Below are positions 1 through 11,806 of a stretch of DNA of 47,003 nucleotides, in pieces. Origin of the DNA: Protoeuglena noctilucae (lineage: Eukaryota). The stretch lies in contig OY253683.1 of the NCBI GenBank assembly GCA_958009085.1, positions 930,001 through 977,003 of the forward strand, read 5' to 3'. The translations under genes were made by a program, and so were the position numbers. The stretch's first letter is position 1. Each line of letters starts with the position of its first letter. A model generated the notes under the pieces. It did not search any database and was not told the origin of the DNA. It saw nothing but the letters and a program-made list of their open reading frames with translations.

Positions 1-266
1 ACCCTACCCGCCAAAAGAGAAGCTTTGTTGGAAATGAAGGGATACGCGTGCTGTGTATCACTGACACATGGCTGCGGTAGCTAGGGCGGAGGTTGTCACT
101 CGCGAGAAACGGCGTACATTGGCAACGTGGCGCACACAGGTTTAGCATCCAGCGCTAGCGGGCAGGCATAAAATCTTTCCCGTTGCTGAACAGTGCGTAA
201 GAGTTCCATCGACGCCTTGTTTGGGCGGCCCAGGGTGGCCCCCGGCCTGGGCAGCTCGCCGCAGCG

Positions 267-3015
267 ATGGAAGGCCCGGCGGGCGGCTCCCCCGAGGGGC
301 TGACGGTGGCGGTGGAGGGCTGCGGACACGGGGACCTTGATAACATCTATGCGACGATCAAGGACATCGAGGTGACCCTGCACGGCGCCGGGAGGACCGT
401 GTGAAGAGGCACGGGTTCTGCGAGGCCGCTTCGAGCCGCACAGCCCTCTGATGTGCCTGCCGCTGCAGTCTGCGAGTTCTATTATGCCACCAGAATGCAT
501 CGGGATGGTATTGCTGCCCTGAACCGCGCGCGAGGCCGAATACACTCTTCCACGCCTCGCTGCCCCTCTGCACTCGATCCCCGCCGCGTCTCCTGGCTCC
601 GCAGTCCCGTCAGCGCATCAAGGTCGATCTTCTGATCATCTGCGGGGACTTTGAGGCGGTGCGCAACGAGCAGGACCTCGAAACCATGGCCGTTCCTCCC
701 AAGTACCGCCACATGGGGGATTTCCCGAAGTACTACGCCGGGGAAGCGCAGGCGCCGGTACCCACGCTGTTCATCGGAGGGAATCACGAGGCCTCGGCGC
801 ATCTCTGGTGAGCAAGCCCTCGCCGGCGCGCAGGACCACGCGCGTTTCACACGAACAAAGTGTTGTTGATTTGCATATCAACAAGCTGTTGATATGCAAA
901 CTGTACATTATAACGTATCGCGCATGCTTCACATCGTGCGAGTCGATTATCGCTTGCAGGGAGCTCTACTACGGTGGCTTCGCTGCACCGGGGATGTATT
1001 ACCTGGGTCACGCAGGGGTGGTGCGCTTCGGGGGACTTCGCATCGCGGGGCTGAGCGGGATATTCAAATCCCACGACTATCGGAAGGGCCACTTTGAGAG
1101 GCCACCCTACACGGCGTCCACCATGCGCAGGCGAGGGAGGGAGGGTGGCAGTGGGGGTACGGGGGTATGGCGGAGAGAGGGGGGCGATTAATTGGTTGTG
1201 TGCACTATGCGCGCTGCAGTTATGCATATATATCGTGCTGTGTCTCTCCCGCAGTGCGTATCACGTCCGTGAGCTGGAGGTGTACCGGTTGATGCAGCTG
1301 AGGGAGCCCGTGGACGTGGGGCTGTCCCACGACTGGTGAGCGCGTCTTGTTAGTGTGTATGTGGTATATGCTAACATGTGTGCTAGCATGTATGCTAACT
1401 GATGGTGGTTTTGATGATCTGACCGGGTACCATTGGATGCACGAGATGACATAGCATACCCCACTGATACATTTGAACCGTTGCATACCCCGTCCCCCCA
1501 TCACCACCCATGCACTCAGGCCGTCGGGCATTGTTGAGTACGGCGACAAGCACGCGCTGCTGAGGGCCAAGCCGTACTTCCGGGACGAGGTGGAGGCGAG
1601 TGACGGGGGGTGAAATAGGATGGGAATGAGCAGGCGACATCACTCACTTCCACACTCAGTCCCTCCCTTACTCACTCGCATTCATTCCCACTCAACCCCA
1701 CCCCCCGCAGCGCAACGAATTGGGCAGCCCCCCCGCCATGTCCCTCCTCCGCGCCCTCCGCCCCCGCTTCTGGTTCAGCGCCCACATGCACTGCAAGTTC
1801 CCAGCAGTCGTGCACCACGATGACAGTCACAGTCACGATGTGGGCGCTAACAACCACGGCGACAATACCGATATCGACATCAACAATGACCATCCGCACT
1901 CGACGCGCTTCCTGTCTCTGGACAAGTGCCTGCCCAAGCGACACTTCCTGCAAGTGAGAGTGAATTGCTGGGTGTGGGTGTGCAGCCTATTGCACATGAG
2001 ATGGGTGTTGCTTAAGCGACACTTCCTGCAAGTGAGAGATGTCGATGTGTGGATGTGTGGGTGGGGGTGCGGGTGTGGGTGTGCTTCAGCACCCCTCACT
2101 TGACCGCCTCTCACCCTATCAACTCCTTCCCCCAGCCTCTCAGATCGTCCACTTCCCCGACGCTGGTAATCTTATTTATCAAACCAACCGCACCTAGTTA
2201 TCCTATAAGTAACATTTGTAACCTTTACCCCCTCAACGTCTACCCTTTCAGATCGTACACTTCCCCGAGGCCCGCGGCCCCCGTGAGTTCCGATACGACG
2301 CCGAGTGGCTGGCGGTGCTGAGGGGGACGCACCACTTGATGTCGACACGCATGCACGCGCCGCCCATGCCCACCAACGCCGACGGAACGCTCGCCAGGTG
2401 AGAGGGCGGATGCGGATGACGCTTTGCTTAGTGTGGATGCGAGGTGAGAGCGGATGCGGGTCACGCTTTGCTCACTAGCTTGGATGCGAGGTGAGGGCAG
2501 CTCACCACTGCAGCTCACCTGCTTCATCTCTCACCACCACCTCCCCTCTCACCACCCCCTTCCCCCTCCACCCACTCCTCACCTCCCCTCCCTCACCACA
2601 AACCCGCTCCCCCCTCCCCTCCCCTTCCAGACCCGGTGCATCTCCCGAGGATAGAGCCTACGTGGATGCGGCACTGGAAAGGGAAGGGCCGGGAGTGGCA
2701 CCCTTCACACCCACCGTCCCACCCCACCGATCGGGGCAGATGGGCAGTCGCCCACGGCAACCTGAATCAGTCCCGGTCAATCCCCAGGCGGTGCATCTGA
2801 TGTCGCTGATCGGGAGGGACTACAACCTCAGCTCTGGGGGGGGTGGGGGGGCCGATGGGGCAGCGGGGGTGGGGGCGGTGGGGGCGGGGATGGTGAGTGA
2901 AAATCCAGAAGAGATCGATCTGGGCGATGACGTTATTGACGGAGATGATTGTTTGAAAGTCACGGAGGACGTCGTGGGGAATGAGGAGGAGATTGCCATC
3001 GACGAGGAGGGGTAG
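267..3015 (+). CDS. DBR1: Lariat debranching enzyme (metallophosphoesterase), 8 exons
   Basis: The spliced product has [45 protein letters not shown] and [12 protein letters not shown], plus an acidic [16 protein letters not shown] tail. Exons are about 267-371, 605-807, 960-1130, 1255-1335, 1520-1595, 1711-1953, 2252-2397 and 2631-3015. Two GC donors (1131, 1596). Confidence 0.96.
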
Positions 3016-3168
3016 GGGATCGGTGGGGGTGGGGAAGATGTGAGCGGGTCGCGTGCATGCGTGCAGCGAGGGAGCTCAGCGAGGGATTGGAGATCGTTTC
3101 GACGCAAGCGCCGTGGCCCTTTGGGTGTTTGAAAACTATCGGTGCGAGTTGGATCTGCTTTCTGGCTC

Positions 3169-3173
3169 TGTAA
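3169..3173 (+). promoter_or_regulatory. Putative chlorophyte TGTAA polyadenylation signal of DBR1
   Basis: TGTAA lies about 155 nt after the DBR1 stop. UGUAA is the established chlorophyte poly(A) signal. Confidence 0.5.
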
Positions 3174-3354
3174 TGCCAAGGAGATTCTGTGACAGACAGC
3201 GGGACCAGGGTTTGCACCTTGTGAGCCTGAGTCGGGCGAAGATGATGGCTAATGAGTCACGACGAGTGTCTGTTGCAAAACTTACAGCGTGCGGAAGTCA
3301 TCTTCGTTCGCATCGTCAAAGCGCTGGGCCACCGCGGGATCCGTTGCAGCGACC

Positions 3355-6300
3355 ATGCCCGCGCGGGCCTCGCGCAAGGGCCCCAAGTGAGATACCGGAA
3401 ATGCTAGCGCAGTTACAATGTCCTTATTATAGATTCGACTCATACAAGCCCGCGCCGCCCTCCTCGTCAGCTCCCGGGCGCGCGCGGGACGACGAAAGCG
3501 GGCGTGGCAGCCGCCAGGGGGGCGCGACCCGCGAGCGCGTCATTGCCTCTCGCGCCGCAGGAAGGGAGCCGATGGGAAGAAGAGGAAGCGCGAGAGGGAA
3601 CTGGAGGACGCGGCGGTGCCGGACGAGGAGGCGGGGGGGCTGTTTTTCCAAGACAGCGACGACGAGGTGCGCGGCGGCCTGCAGTTGCCATATACGCGCG
3701 CCTCGACGTACCCGGCACATATCTGATAGTAACCTCTACTCGTCACGGCGTGCGCGCGTGCGGATATCCCCGCCCCGCGCGCAGCTGCACATGGCAGGGC
3801 GCCGCGGCGAGGGTTGCCCGAGAATGGCGCCGTAAAACGCATCGCGACCGCATTATTCGCGCGCAGGGTGGCGCTCGCGATGATATAGATGCCGTGGACG
3901 GCGCCGGCGCCCGCGACGAGGAGACGGCGGAGCAGAAGCGGCTCCGATTGGCGAAAGCGTTTTTGGACAGATTGCAGCGGGAGCGCGCGCTGGATGACGA
4001 GGGGAGGGAGGGCCACGAGGATGCACTGGGAGACAGGCGAGGATAAGGGATGAGATTCTTTGGGTTGTTATGTGTACATATCGGAACAAACCTCGTGAAG
4101 TGCGAGCGAGCCCGTGTTTGCTGTAATACTAGCCTAGTACTACCTATACAGATGACGAGACAGATAATAGCAATTACTAGCAATTCATTATTTCCGCAGA
4201 CTCCGTCGCGCTGCTGACCTGGAGAGCGGTGCGGTGTTTCGTCGGGTGGCGGATGGGGCGGGGCGGTGGCTGGGGGGGCCAGGCGTGTGCTGCACAGCGG
4301 GTGGGAGGATGCTGAGGGGACACCGGTGAGAATCGAAGACGAGACCTATGGTGTATGCGGGGATGGTGTCATATCACTGCACTCGCTTCGCACCGCAAAC
4401 AACACGCCACCGCCCCACCATCCCCACCACCCAGTCACCTCTTGCCGCAACCCCGCTCACCATCTACACCATCTCTCAACACCTGCACCACCCCACCACC
4501 CTCAACACCCGCCCACCACCTCAACCACCCCCGCTCACCTCATCACCCACTCACCCCCCCCCCACCCCTCTCCCCCCAGTCTCTCCGTCACCGCCGTGTG
4601 TCTGACAGACGACGATTCCACGGCCTATTCCGTCTCCAAAGACGGCTCTATATTCCAATGGGACATCCAAACGCTCACGCGCACCCGGCTAGACAAGCAC
4701 AGGCGGGGGGGAGCTCAAATTCAAAATTCAAAAGGAGATATGGATGGGGTGGGAGCAGTTGGGTCCGCGCCGTGGGTGGCTGCGCCTGCGAGGAGGGCCG
4801 GGCCGAGGGGTGGGCTGCTTGCGTGTGCGGTGTCGAGCGACAGGCGGTACTTGGCGGTGGGGGGGGGGAGCCATGAGGTGATGGATGGGGGGAGAAATGG
4901 GGTTGTATTCGGGTTGTGGCGAGGTTTGGAGTGGTGCATGGATGTTGAGGGGGGTGATGGCGGTGTGTTTGCATGGTGCGATGGGGGGATTGGCGAAGGT
5001 CAGGTGCTGTCATCTGTGGTAGCCACACTCTTCCCATCCCTCTCTCTGCACACCACTCACCACCCCTCTCTCTTTTCTCACCATATTCCACCCCCCACTC
5101 CCCCACAGATCACCATCTACGACGTCCGCACCCACTCCCCCGCCGGCACATTGCGCGGCCACAAGGACGCAATCTCCGGCCTCGCCTTCAAACACAACAC
5201 CCACGACCTCTACTCCACCTCCCTCGATCGCTCCGTGCGCATCTGGAGCGTGGGCGCGATGGCCTATGCGGACAGTCTGTTCGGGCATCAACAGGAAGCG
5301 CTTTGTGTGGATGTGGCGCCTGGGGGGGCGGAGAGGGCGTTGACGGGGGGGATGGACAGGACGGTCAGGCTGTTTAAGATTCCGGAAGAAAGTCATCTGG
5401 TGTTCCGGTGAGCATTTGGGATATGGGTGATGATGTGGTTGAGATAAGGGAGGGATGCTTGAGATGGGAGGCGTTGATTTGGTGGAGAGATGGAGTTCAA
5501 AAAAAAATGAGGGAGATGGTGATATGCTTGGCATTCATTACTTACTCACCTTCTATTTCTCTCTCTCTCCCTCACCCCCAGTGCCCCCAGCTTAGTGACT
5601 GAGAGCGTGGCATTCATTACCGGCAGCCAGTGGGTGGCGGGGGATGACGACGGATGCGTGTGTGTCTACAGCAACACCAAGAAAAAGGCCATTCAGACTG
5701 TCAGAAACGCGCACCCAGTTGACGCAACGGAGGGCGCGGGGGGGGTGCAGCAGCCGTGCGCGGGGTGGGTGACGGCGGTGGGGGTGGCGAGGTGAGGGGT
5801 GGGGGTGCGAGTGGGGTGGGGGTGCGTGTGTGGTTTGCGGCAGTTGCTTGTCCTGTTTGTTCTTGTTTGCATCGATGGAGTGGTGAGGTGTGAGGGGCAA
5901 GAGAGCGGGTGGTGACGGCAGTAGTGTGTGTGCGATTGTCCCTGGTTTGGCGTGGTTGTGACCATGCAACCACTCGCATCGATTAATTATCCATATGAAC
6001 ATTAATATATAAACATCTTTATTGTGTCTGTCTTGTCCCCAGGGGCACGGACCTGGTGGCTACGGGCGCGGGCAATGGGGTCGTGCGGGTGTGGAGGGCG
6101 GAGGGGGAGCCTGCCAAGGGGGGGGTGACGGGCATTGCACGTGAGTGGCGATGGGGGAGGGGGAGGATGGGGGATGGATGGGGGGAGAGAGAGAGATGCA
6201 TGATGTATGGTTGTGTGCGACGATGGGTGATGGTATCTGTAAGCGTGTATGTCCAGCAATCAGGCAGCCCCCCACCCACCCCATGCACACGCCTTCTCAC

Positions 6301-6598
6301 CACCCACCCCACTACTCATACCCCCCTCACCCCCACTCACCCCACCCCCACTACACACCCTCACTCACCCACCCCCCCCACAGCCGTGGGATCCTTCGCC
6401 CTCCGTGGCTTCTGCAACGGCCTGGCTCTGGCATCTTCTGGCAGATTCCTTCTGGCAGCGACGGGGCAGGAGCCGCGCATGGGGAGGTGGGCCAGGGACC
6501 GGGACGCCAGAAACGGGGTGTGGGTGCAGGAATTGGGGGAGGGGGCGGGGGTGGGGGCGGGGGGTGGGGTTGAAGAGGGGGACTCGGGGAGTGAGTGA
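3355..6598 (+). CDS. RRP9: U3 snoRNP WD40 protein RRP9/U3-55K, 9 exons
   Basis: Basic N-terminus MPARASRKGPKKGADGKKRKR, then ETAEQKRLRLAKAFL, LRGHRLSVTAV...SVSKDG, LRGHKDAISGLAF, DSLFGHQ, DRTVRLFKIPEESHLVFR and GQEPRMGRW. Donors at 3387, 3667, 4037 (GC), 4326, 4878, 5408, 5792 and 6141. Confidence 0.94.
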
Positions 6599-6756
6599 TT
6601 GGGGGGTATGGGGTGGATGGGTTTGCTTTGCATGGTGTGATATATGGGGCGCGTGTGTTGCTTGTTGGCTATGACGGTGGGTGCCGAGGCTGGTTGGTGT
6701 CTGGCCATCTAAGGGCGATGTCCTGGTCTTTGAAACCATGAAACGGGTCAGCGCTA

Positions 6757-6761
6757 TTACA
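6757..6761 (-). promoter_or_regulatory. Putative TGTAA poly(A) signal of COG6
   Basis: TTACA on the + strand is TGTAA on the minus strand, about 160 nt past the COG6 stop. Confidence 0.45.
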
Positions 6762-6917
6762 ATTTGCGATACATGAACACGGGCATTGACGGATGGGTGA
6801 CGACCCCACTCGCGTCATCCCCGCCACCGCCGCTCCCGTCGTCATCCACCATCACTTCTTCCACACCCTTCCATTCCCGTCTCTTTCAAACCGTACATCC
6901 CTCCACCATCACACATT

Positions 6918-9900
6918 TCAAATCTCAACCCCCCCCCTCTCCACCCCCACGACCGTCGCGAACTCCCCCGGTGTCGCCTCCGCCCCCGCCACGTCAGAGG
7001 GGTCATACCCGCACCCGGTGTCAGACAGGCAGTGCCAGACGTAGGCATACGAGTCGACGAGGCGGGACAGGGCGCGGCGGGAGAGGTGGGAACTGGGGGG
7101 GGGGGAGGGGTGTGGGGTGAGTGGGGGGGCGGCTGATGGGTAGGTAGAGCATGGGGTGTGTGGGTGTATAGATGCGCATGCTTGGGTGTGGTGGTTAGTT
7201 AAGTACAGTTGAGTAAGTTACTCGCATTACCCCACCCATCACATTCACCCACTCACCGCATTACTGCATCTGTCACCCTCTCCATCTCCGGCAGTGCGCC
7301 CGGCATGGCGGCCCTCTGGAACAGCGCCCGCAGGCACCCCGCCACCCTCGCCCCGCGCAATGCGGGGTCGGATGCCATCGCCGCTCTCTGCCCCTCGGAT
7401 TCAAACGCCCGCATGCGCCCCTCCACGTCCGCCACACCGCAGCTGCCCAGCAACACGCCCACCTGGGAGAGAGGGGAGTGGGGGAGTGGGGGAGTGGCGT
7501 GAGTGGTGTGAGTGGTAACACAGTGGTGCCACAGTGCAGCTGCCCAGCAACACGCACATTTGGAGAGGGGGAGGGGGGAGGGGAGTGGGGGACTAGAGGA
7601 GGGGAGTTGGTGGATAGAATGAAGGAGTGGATGAAGTGGAAGTAATATTACTGTTGGGTCGACCAGTGCACCTCCTTCTACACCACACACCACAACATCC
7701 CCCCCGATCCCCCAACCCACCTCACCACCACCACCACTCCCCACTCCCCACCCCACGACCCACAACAACACACAACACACATACCCCCACCTAACCTTCC
7801 CCCCCCACCCCCCTCACCTCCCCCTCCACCGCCTCTACAACACACCCCTCACCCCTCAACCAACCCCACACAACACCCCAACACCCCCCATCCCCATCAC
7901 CTCCCCCTCCACCGCCTCCGCCCCGCCCCTCTCCTCCATCGCCGCCACCTCCCCCTCCCACCGTTTCAAACACCCGGCCTGACGCAGGGCTTGGCGAAGC
8001 GGAACAGCACAATTCACCAGCAACGCCCCTCTAGCAGACAGCGCCTGCCCCTCTGCCACAGCTTGCGCGGCTGGGGGGGCGTTTTCTGGCACAGAGGTCG
8101 GTGCCAGAGTGGGTGTGTTAGGGGTGTTGGGGAGTGGGGGTGGCGGTCGGGATGTGGGGTGGGGGTGGCTGCCCTGTGTCACCCTCGCTGCCAAGGCGTC
8201 ACCCAAAGTGGCACTGCGATGGGGGAGGGGGCGGGGGGGGGGTTATGTAAGTTAGTGATGAATGGGTGACATGGATGCAGAGAGAGGGGCGATGGTGAAA
8301 GGCGAACGTCAGTGCAGCCACGTCATGCACACATGCGCACTCATGCACACCCCACCCCCGCATCAGTGGCTGCAGGTGTGATATACTGACACACATACAC
8401 ACACAGAGAGAGAGAGAGAGACTCGACAATCACTCACCACACGCGCATGAGTGGCTGCAGGTACCCCCCCAGTGCGTCGCTCATCGCCTCCCCCACCCAC
8501 GCGTCGCCCTCCCCCACGCTGCCCCGCCACTCCCGGCACATCTGAAAACGAGCGGGTGCGAGCTTGTTACAGATAATAGATCACAGTTTCGAAAACAGGT
8601 AGCGATGATTTAGTCACTATGTGTGCTTACATGAATCGCAACGACCAGCGATGCAATCTACCCCACACCCCATCCCACCCACCCAGTCACCCCCTCCACC
8701 ATTGCAGTCAAACAGCAACAAACCATGCATCAACTAAACAAACAACGCACCCACCCACCCCACCCACACCCACTCACCGCCTCCACCACCCCCGCCGCCT
8801 CCACCACCGCCGTCGGTGCAGCCGGGGCAGCGATGGGCGGCAGCGGCGGCGGCCGCTCCTCCACCCCCCTCCCTTCCCTCGCCAACCCCTCCACCAGCCG
8901 AGCGCGCGCCCTGTCGCGACACCCGCGCACAGCGTCCGCCAGCCGCAGCGATGGCGAGAGGACGCCACTTGCCCGACCTGCCCCATCACCACGTTCGCCC
9001 CCACCCTCCCCCTCGCCACCGCTATCGTCACTCCCACTCCCACTCTCAGCACCCACTTCCTTGCTCCTCTCTTCTGTTGTATTCACCCCCGTCACGGCTG
9101 CCAGCGTCTGACAGTAAAACGCCAGCACTTGCATCAGTCGCAGCGTCAGAATGGGCGATGCGTCGGGGGATGCCAACACGCGGCGGATGCGGGCGCTGGG
9201 GGAGGGGGAAGAGGGGGAGTGTCGGAGAGTGGATGGATGATGAAGGGGTGGTGCGGGGGTGGGGCCAAGGCGGGTGTTGTGAGAGAGATGGGGTGGCTAT
9301 CTCATCTCATCCCATCACATCTCATCTCTCATCTCTAATATCATCCCAACTCTCGCCTCCCATCTCACCTGAGTGGCTCGCTCAGCGCCTCCATCACCGC
9401 ATTCAAAGCCTCCGTTGGTGACGGAGACAGGGACACCGACGATGATGCCCTCACTGCACCATTCGTGCCATTGCCACCCACAGCGCCCTTCACAGCACCA
9501 CCCCCCTCGTTGCTCCCCTGACCATCGCCCTCCCCCGTCTCTGCTCCCTCATTTGGGTATAGGCACTCCAGGAGCTCCTTCTCCTGCAAAGTTCTCAAAT
9601 ATCACTACTATTCATGAATTCTGTACTAGTATTGGATACGCAGAGATGTGGTCGTGATACTTAGCAATGGCTGCGGGGTGTGCCGTGTTTGCATGAACCG
9701 CATGGCTCACCTGCGCGGTCGCCTGGTGCACCCACGCCAGCATGTCCGACACGTAACTGCGACGAAGCAGAGGGAAGGAGAGTGCGACAAACTGAAAGAG
9801 AGCCACCACCCGCACCATCCCAGTCACCCCCGCCACATCGCCAAGCGTCAACGCAACTCCCCTCCCCAATACCCATCCCCTGCCACACACACACATCCAC

Positions 9901-11529
9901 CCAACATCCCCACCCTCATCACCCCCATCGCCACCCTCACCGCACGGGGTCGCCCGCCCTCATCTCCAGCGCCCGTGGCCCCTCCGTCAGTGCTCTGGCA
10001 AATGCACGGAACATTGCCCTCCCCCTCTGCGCGCACCCCGCGTGCATGGCGTGGCGGAAGAGGGGGGGGCGGGCGTGGAGGGTGGCGGACGCGCGGCGGA
10101 GGAGGGTCGGGTCGGGGTCGGGGGGGGTGGTCTGCGGATGGGGGAGGGGGGGGGTGAGGGAGTGAGTGAGAGTGAGTGGGTGAGGTCGGGGTCAGGGGTG
10201 GTCTGGGAGTTGAGGGGGGGGGGGGGGGGAATGGGGTGTGACGAGGAGAGTGAGTGAGTGAGTGAGTGAGTGAGTGAGTGAGTGAGTGAGTGAGGAGTGA
10301 GTGAGGGAGAGCAGACGTGGGGGTGACGCAAATGATGCTGATGTGCCGGCAGTCTGCTGTCCCCTCACACACCTCCCCACACCCTCCCCACCAGCCATTC
10401 CCCTCATTTACTCAAACCCCCACCCACGCAACCCCCACCTGCTCGCCCGTCCCCCCCCAGGCGTCCACCACCCACGTGCACAGCCGCTCGAGCGCCACCT
10501 CGTGATGAGACGCCACCGCCTCCACCAACTCCAATCCCGCACCCTCCCCGCGCTCCGCCACCAACGCCCTGGGAGGGACAGATGGGAGGGGGTGCGTAGT
10601 ACTAACATGTTGTTGGTACTAACATGCATGAAAGCATGTTACCACCCTGTTACGACTTCCACATGGTTCCCATGCACATCGTCGCCTGCATTACATTACT
10701 GAACCTGCACCCCGTCTCACAACTCATGCCCTCTCCCACTCGCCTGCACTTGGCCTGTGCTCTGTCCACGGCCTCCAATGCTGCAAAGAAGGCATCGCCA
10801 ATCGGACCCTCCCGCACCGCAGCCACCTGCTCGTCTCGCAGCTGGTAGTGGGCGAGGAAATCACGCACGCGAGCCTCGCTGTGGGGAGCGGAAGGGCCGG
10901 GGCGGTCGCTGCGGCTTAGGGCGCGCGGGAAACAACACAATGTGCACTTCCCAAGCCTTCCGGGGCCTCACCGGGCCTCTGCGCGCTGCGCCTGCGCTCG
11001 CAGCCGCGACGTCTCCATAAGAAGATCCTGCGTCGACGCGCGGCTCGCCTCCAGCGACGCCCGCACCGTCGCGCACGACCCCGCCAGCGCGTCCGCGTCT
11101 TCCGCCACCGCCTCGACCGCGGACGCCACGCGGCCCACCTCCGACAGCAGGCGCTGGTACTGCGCGAGACGCGCCTGCAGAACCTCGGAGCGCAGGTCCC
11201 GGCGCCCGGCGGGGTCGCTGCGGGGCGGGACGGACTGGAGCTCTCAATTCCCGCCTAAAGCATCTCCCCGGGCGACCGAGAAGGCAATCCGGACAACTCA
11301 GTCGCTAGATATGTTGACAAAGGCAGCGAAGAGGTAGCGCGATCCTGCATCGCGGTTCGAGGCGCGGGGAGCTGGCCAAGTTTTCGTTGCGCTGCGATGC
11401 GTCCCACCTGGCGAGGGAGACGTCCCCGAACACGCGCAGCGCCTCGACCCGTTCCCCCGTTTCCTTGATCTCAAGGACACGGCGGACCTTGCGGACAAGC
11501 GCGGGCGGGGCCGCGGCAGGGTCAGCCAT
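6918..11529 (-). CDS. COG6: Conserved oligomeric Golgi complex subunit 6, about 12 exons
   Basis: The spliced product has LVRKVRRVLE, RRDLRSEV, FLAHYQL...DAFFAALEAVDRAQAKCR and [38 protein letters not shown] (the COG6 signature HDPxRYVGDMLAWxHQ), with C-terminal LVDSYAYVW...TPGEFATVVGV. GC donor at 10743. Confidence 0.9.
10248..10305. repeat. (GAGT)11+ microsatellite in a COG6 intron
   Basis: 11 perfect GAGT units at 10248-10291, followed by degenerate units. Confidence 0.95.
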
Positions 11530-11806
11530 GCTGGCCCCGCTACCAGCGCCTCGCTCGCCGGGTGTCCCGATGCCCTGTTGAACGAGTCGCGATGCAGGAC
11601 GTTGGCCACGGACGGACAGCTCCGCGCGCTGCCCGGGAGCGCTCATGGAACTACATCCCGCACCGACACGCCAGTGGCCATGCAGCGCTGGAGGGTCGTC
11701 TGATGGAGCTTTGGACAAGGACGTATAAACATGTCGAGAAGCAGCATCCGATAAAAGCATACGCTCTTCTATCGTTGCGTGTCAACGCCGGACCGCGAGC
11801 TCCAGC

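Noticed and set aside
9960..9995. Possible frameshift in COG6 near [10 protein letters not shown]
   Set aside because: Recounting the G run shows the frame is continuous ([17 protein letters not shown]).
11350..11370. GGTTCGA T-loop-like motif suggesting a tRNA
   Set aside because: No cloverleaf, acceptor stem or A-box surrounds it. No tRNA, rRNA or CRISPR array was found in the window.
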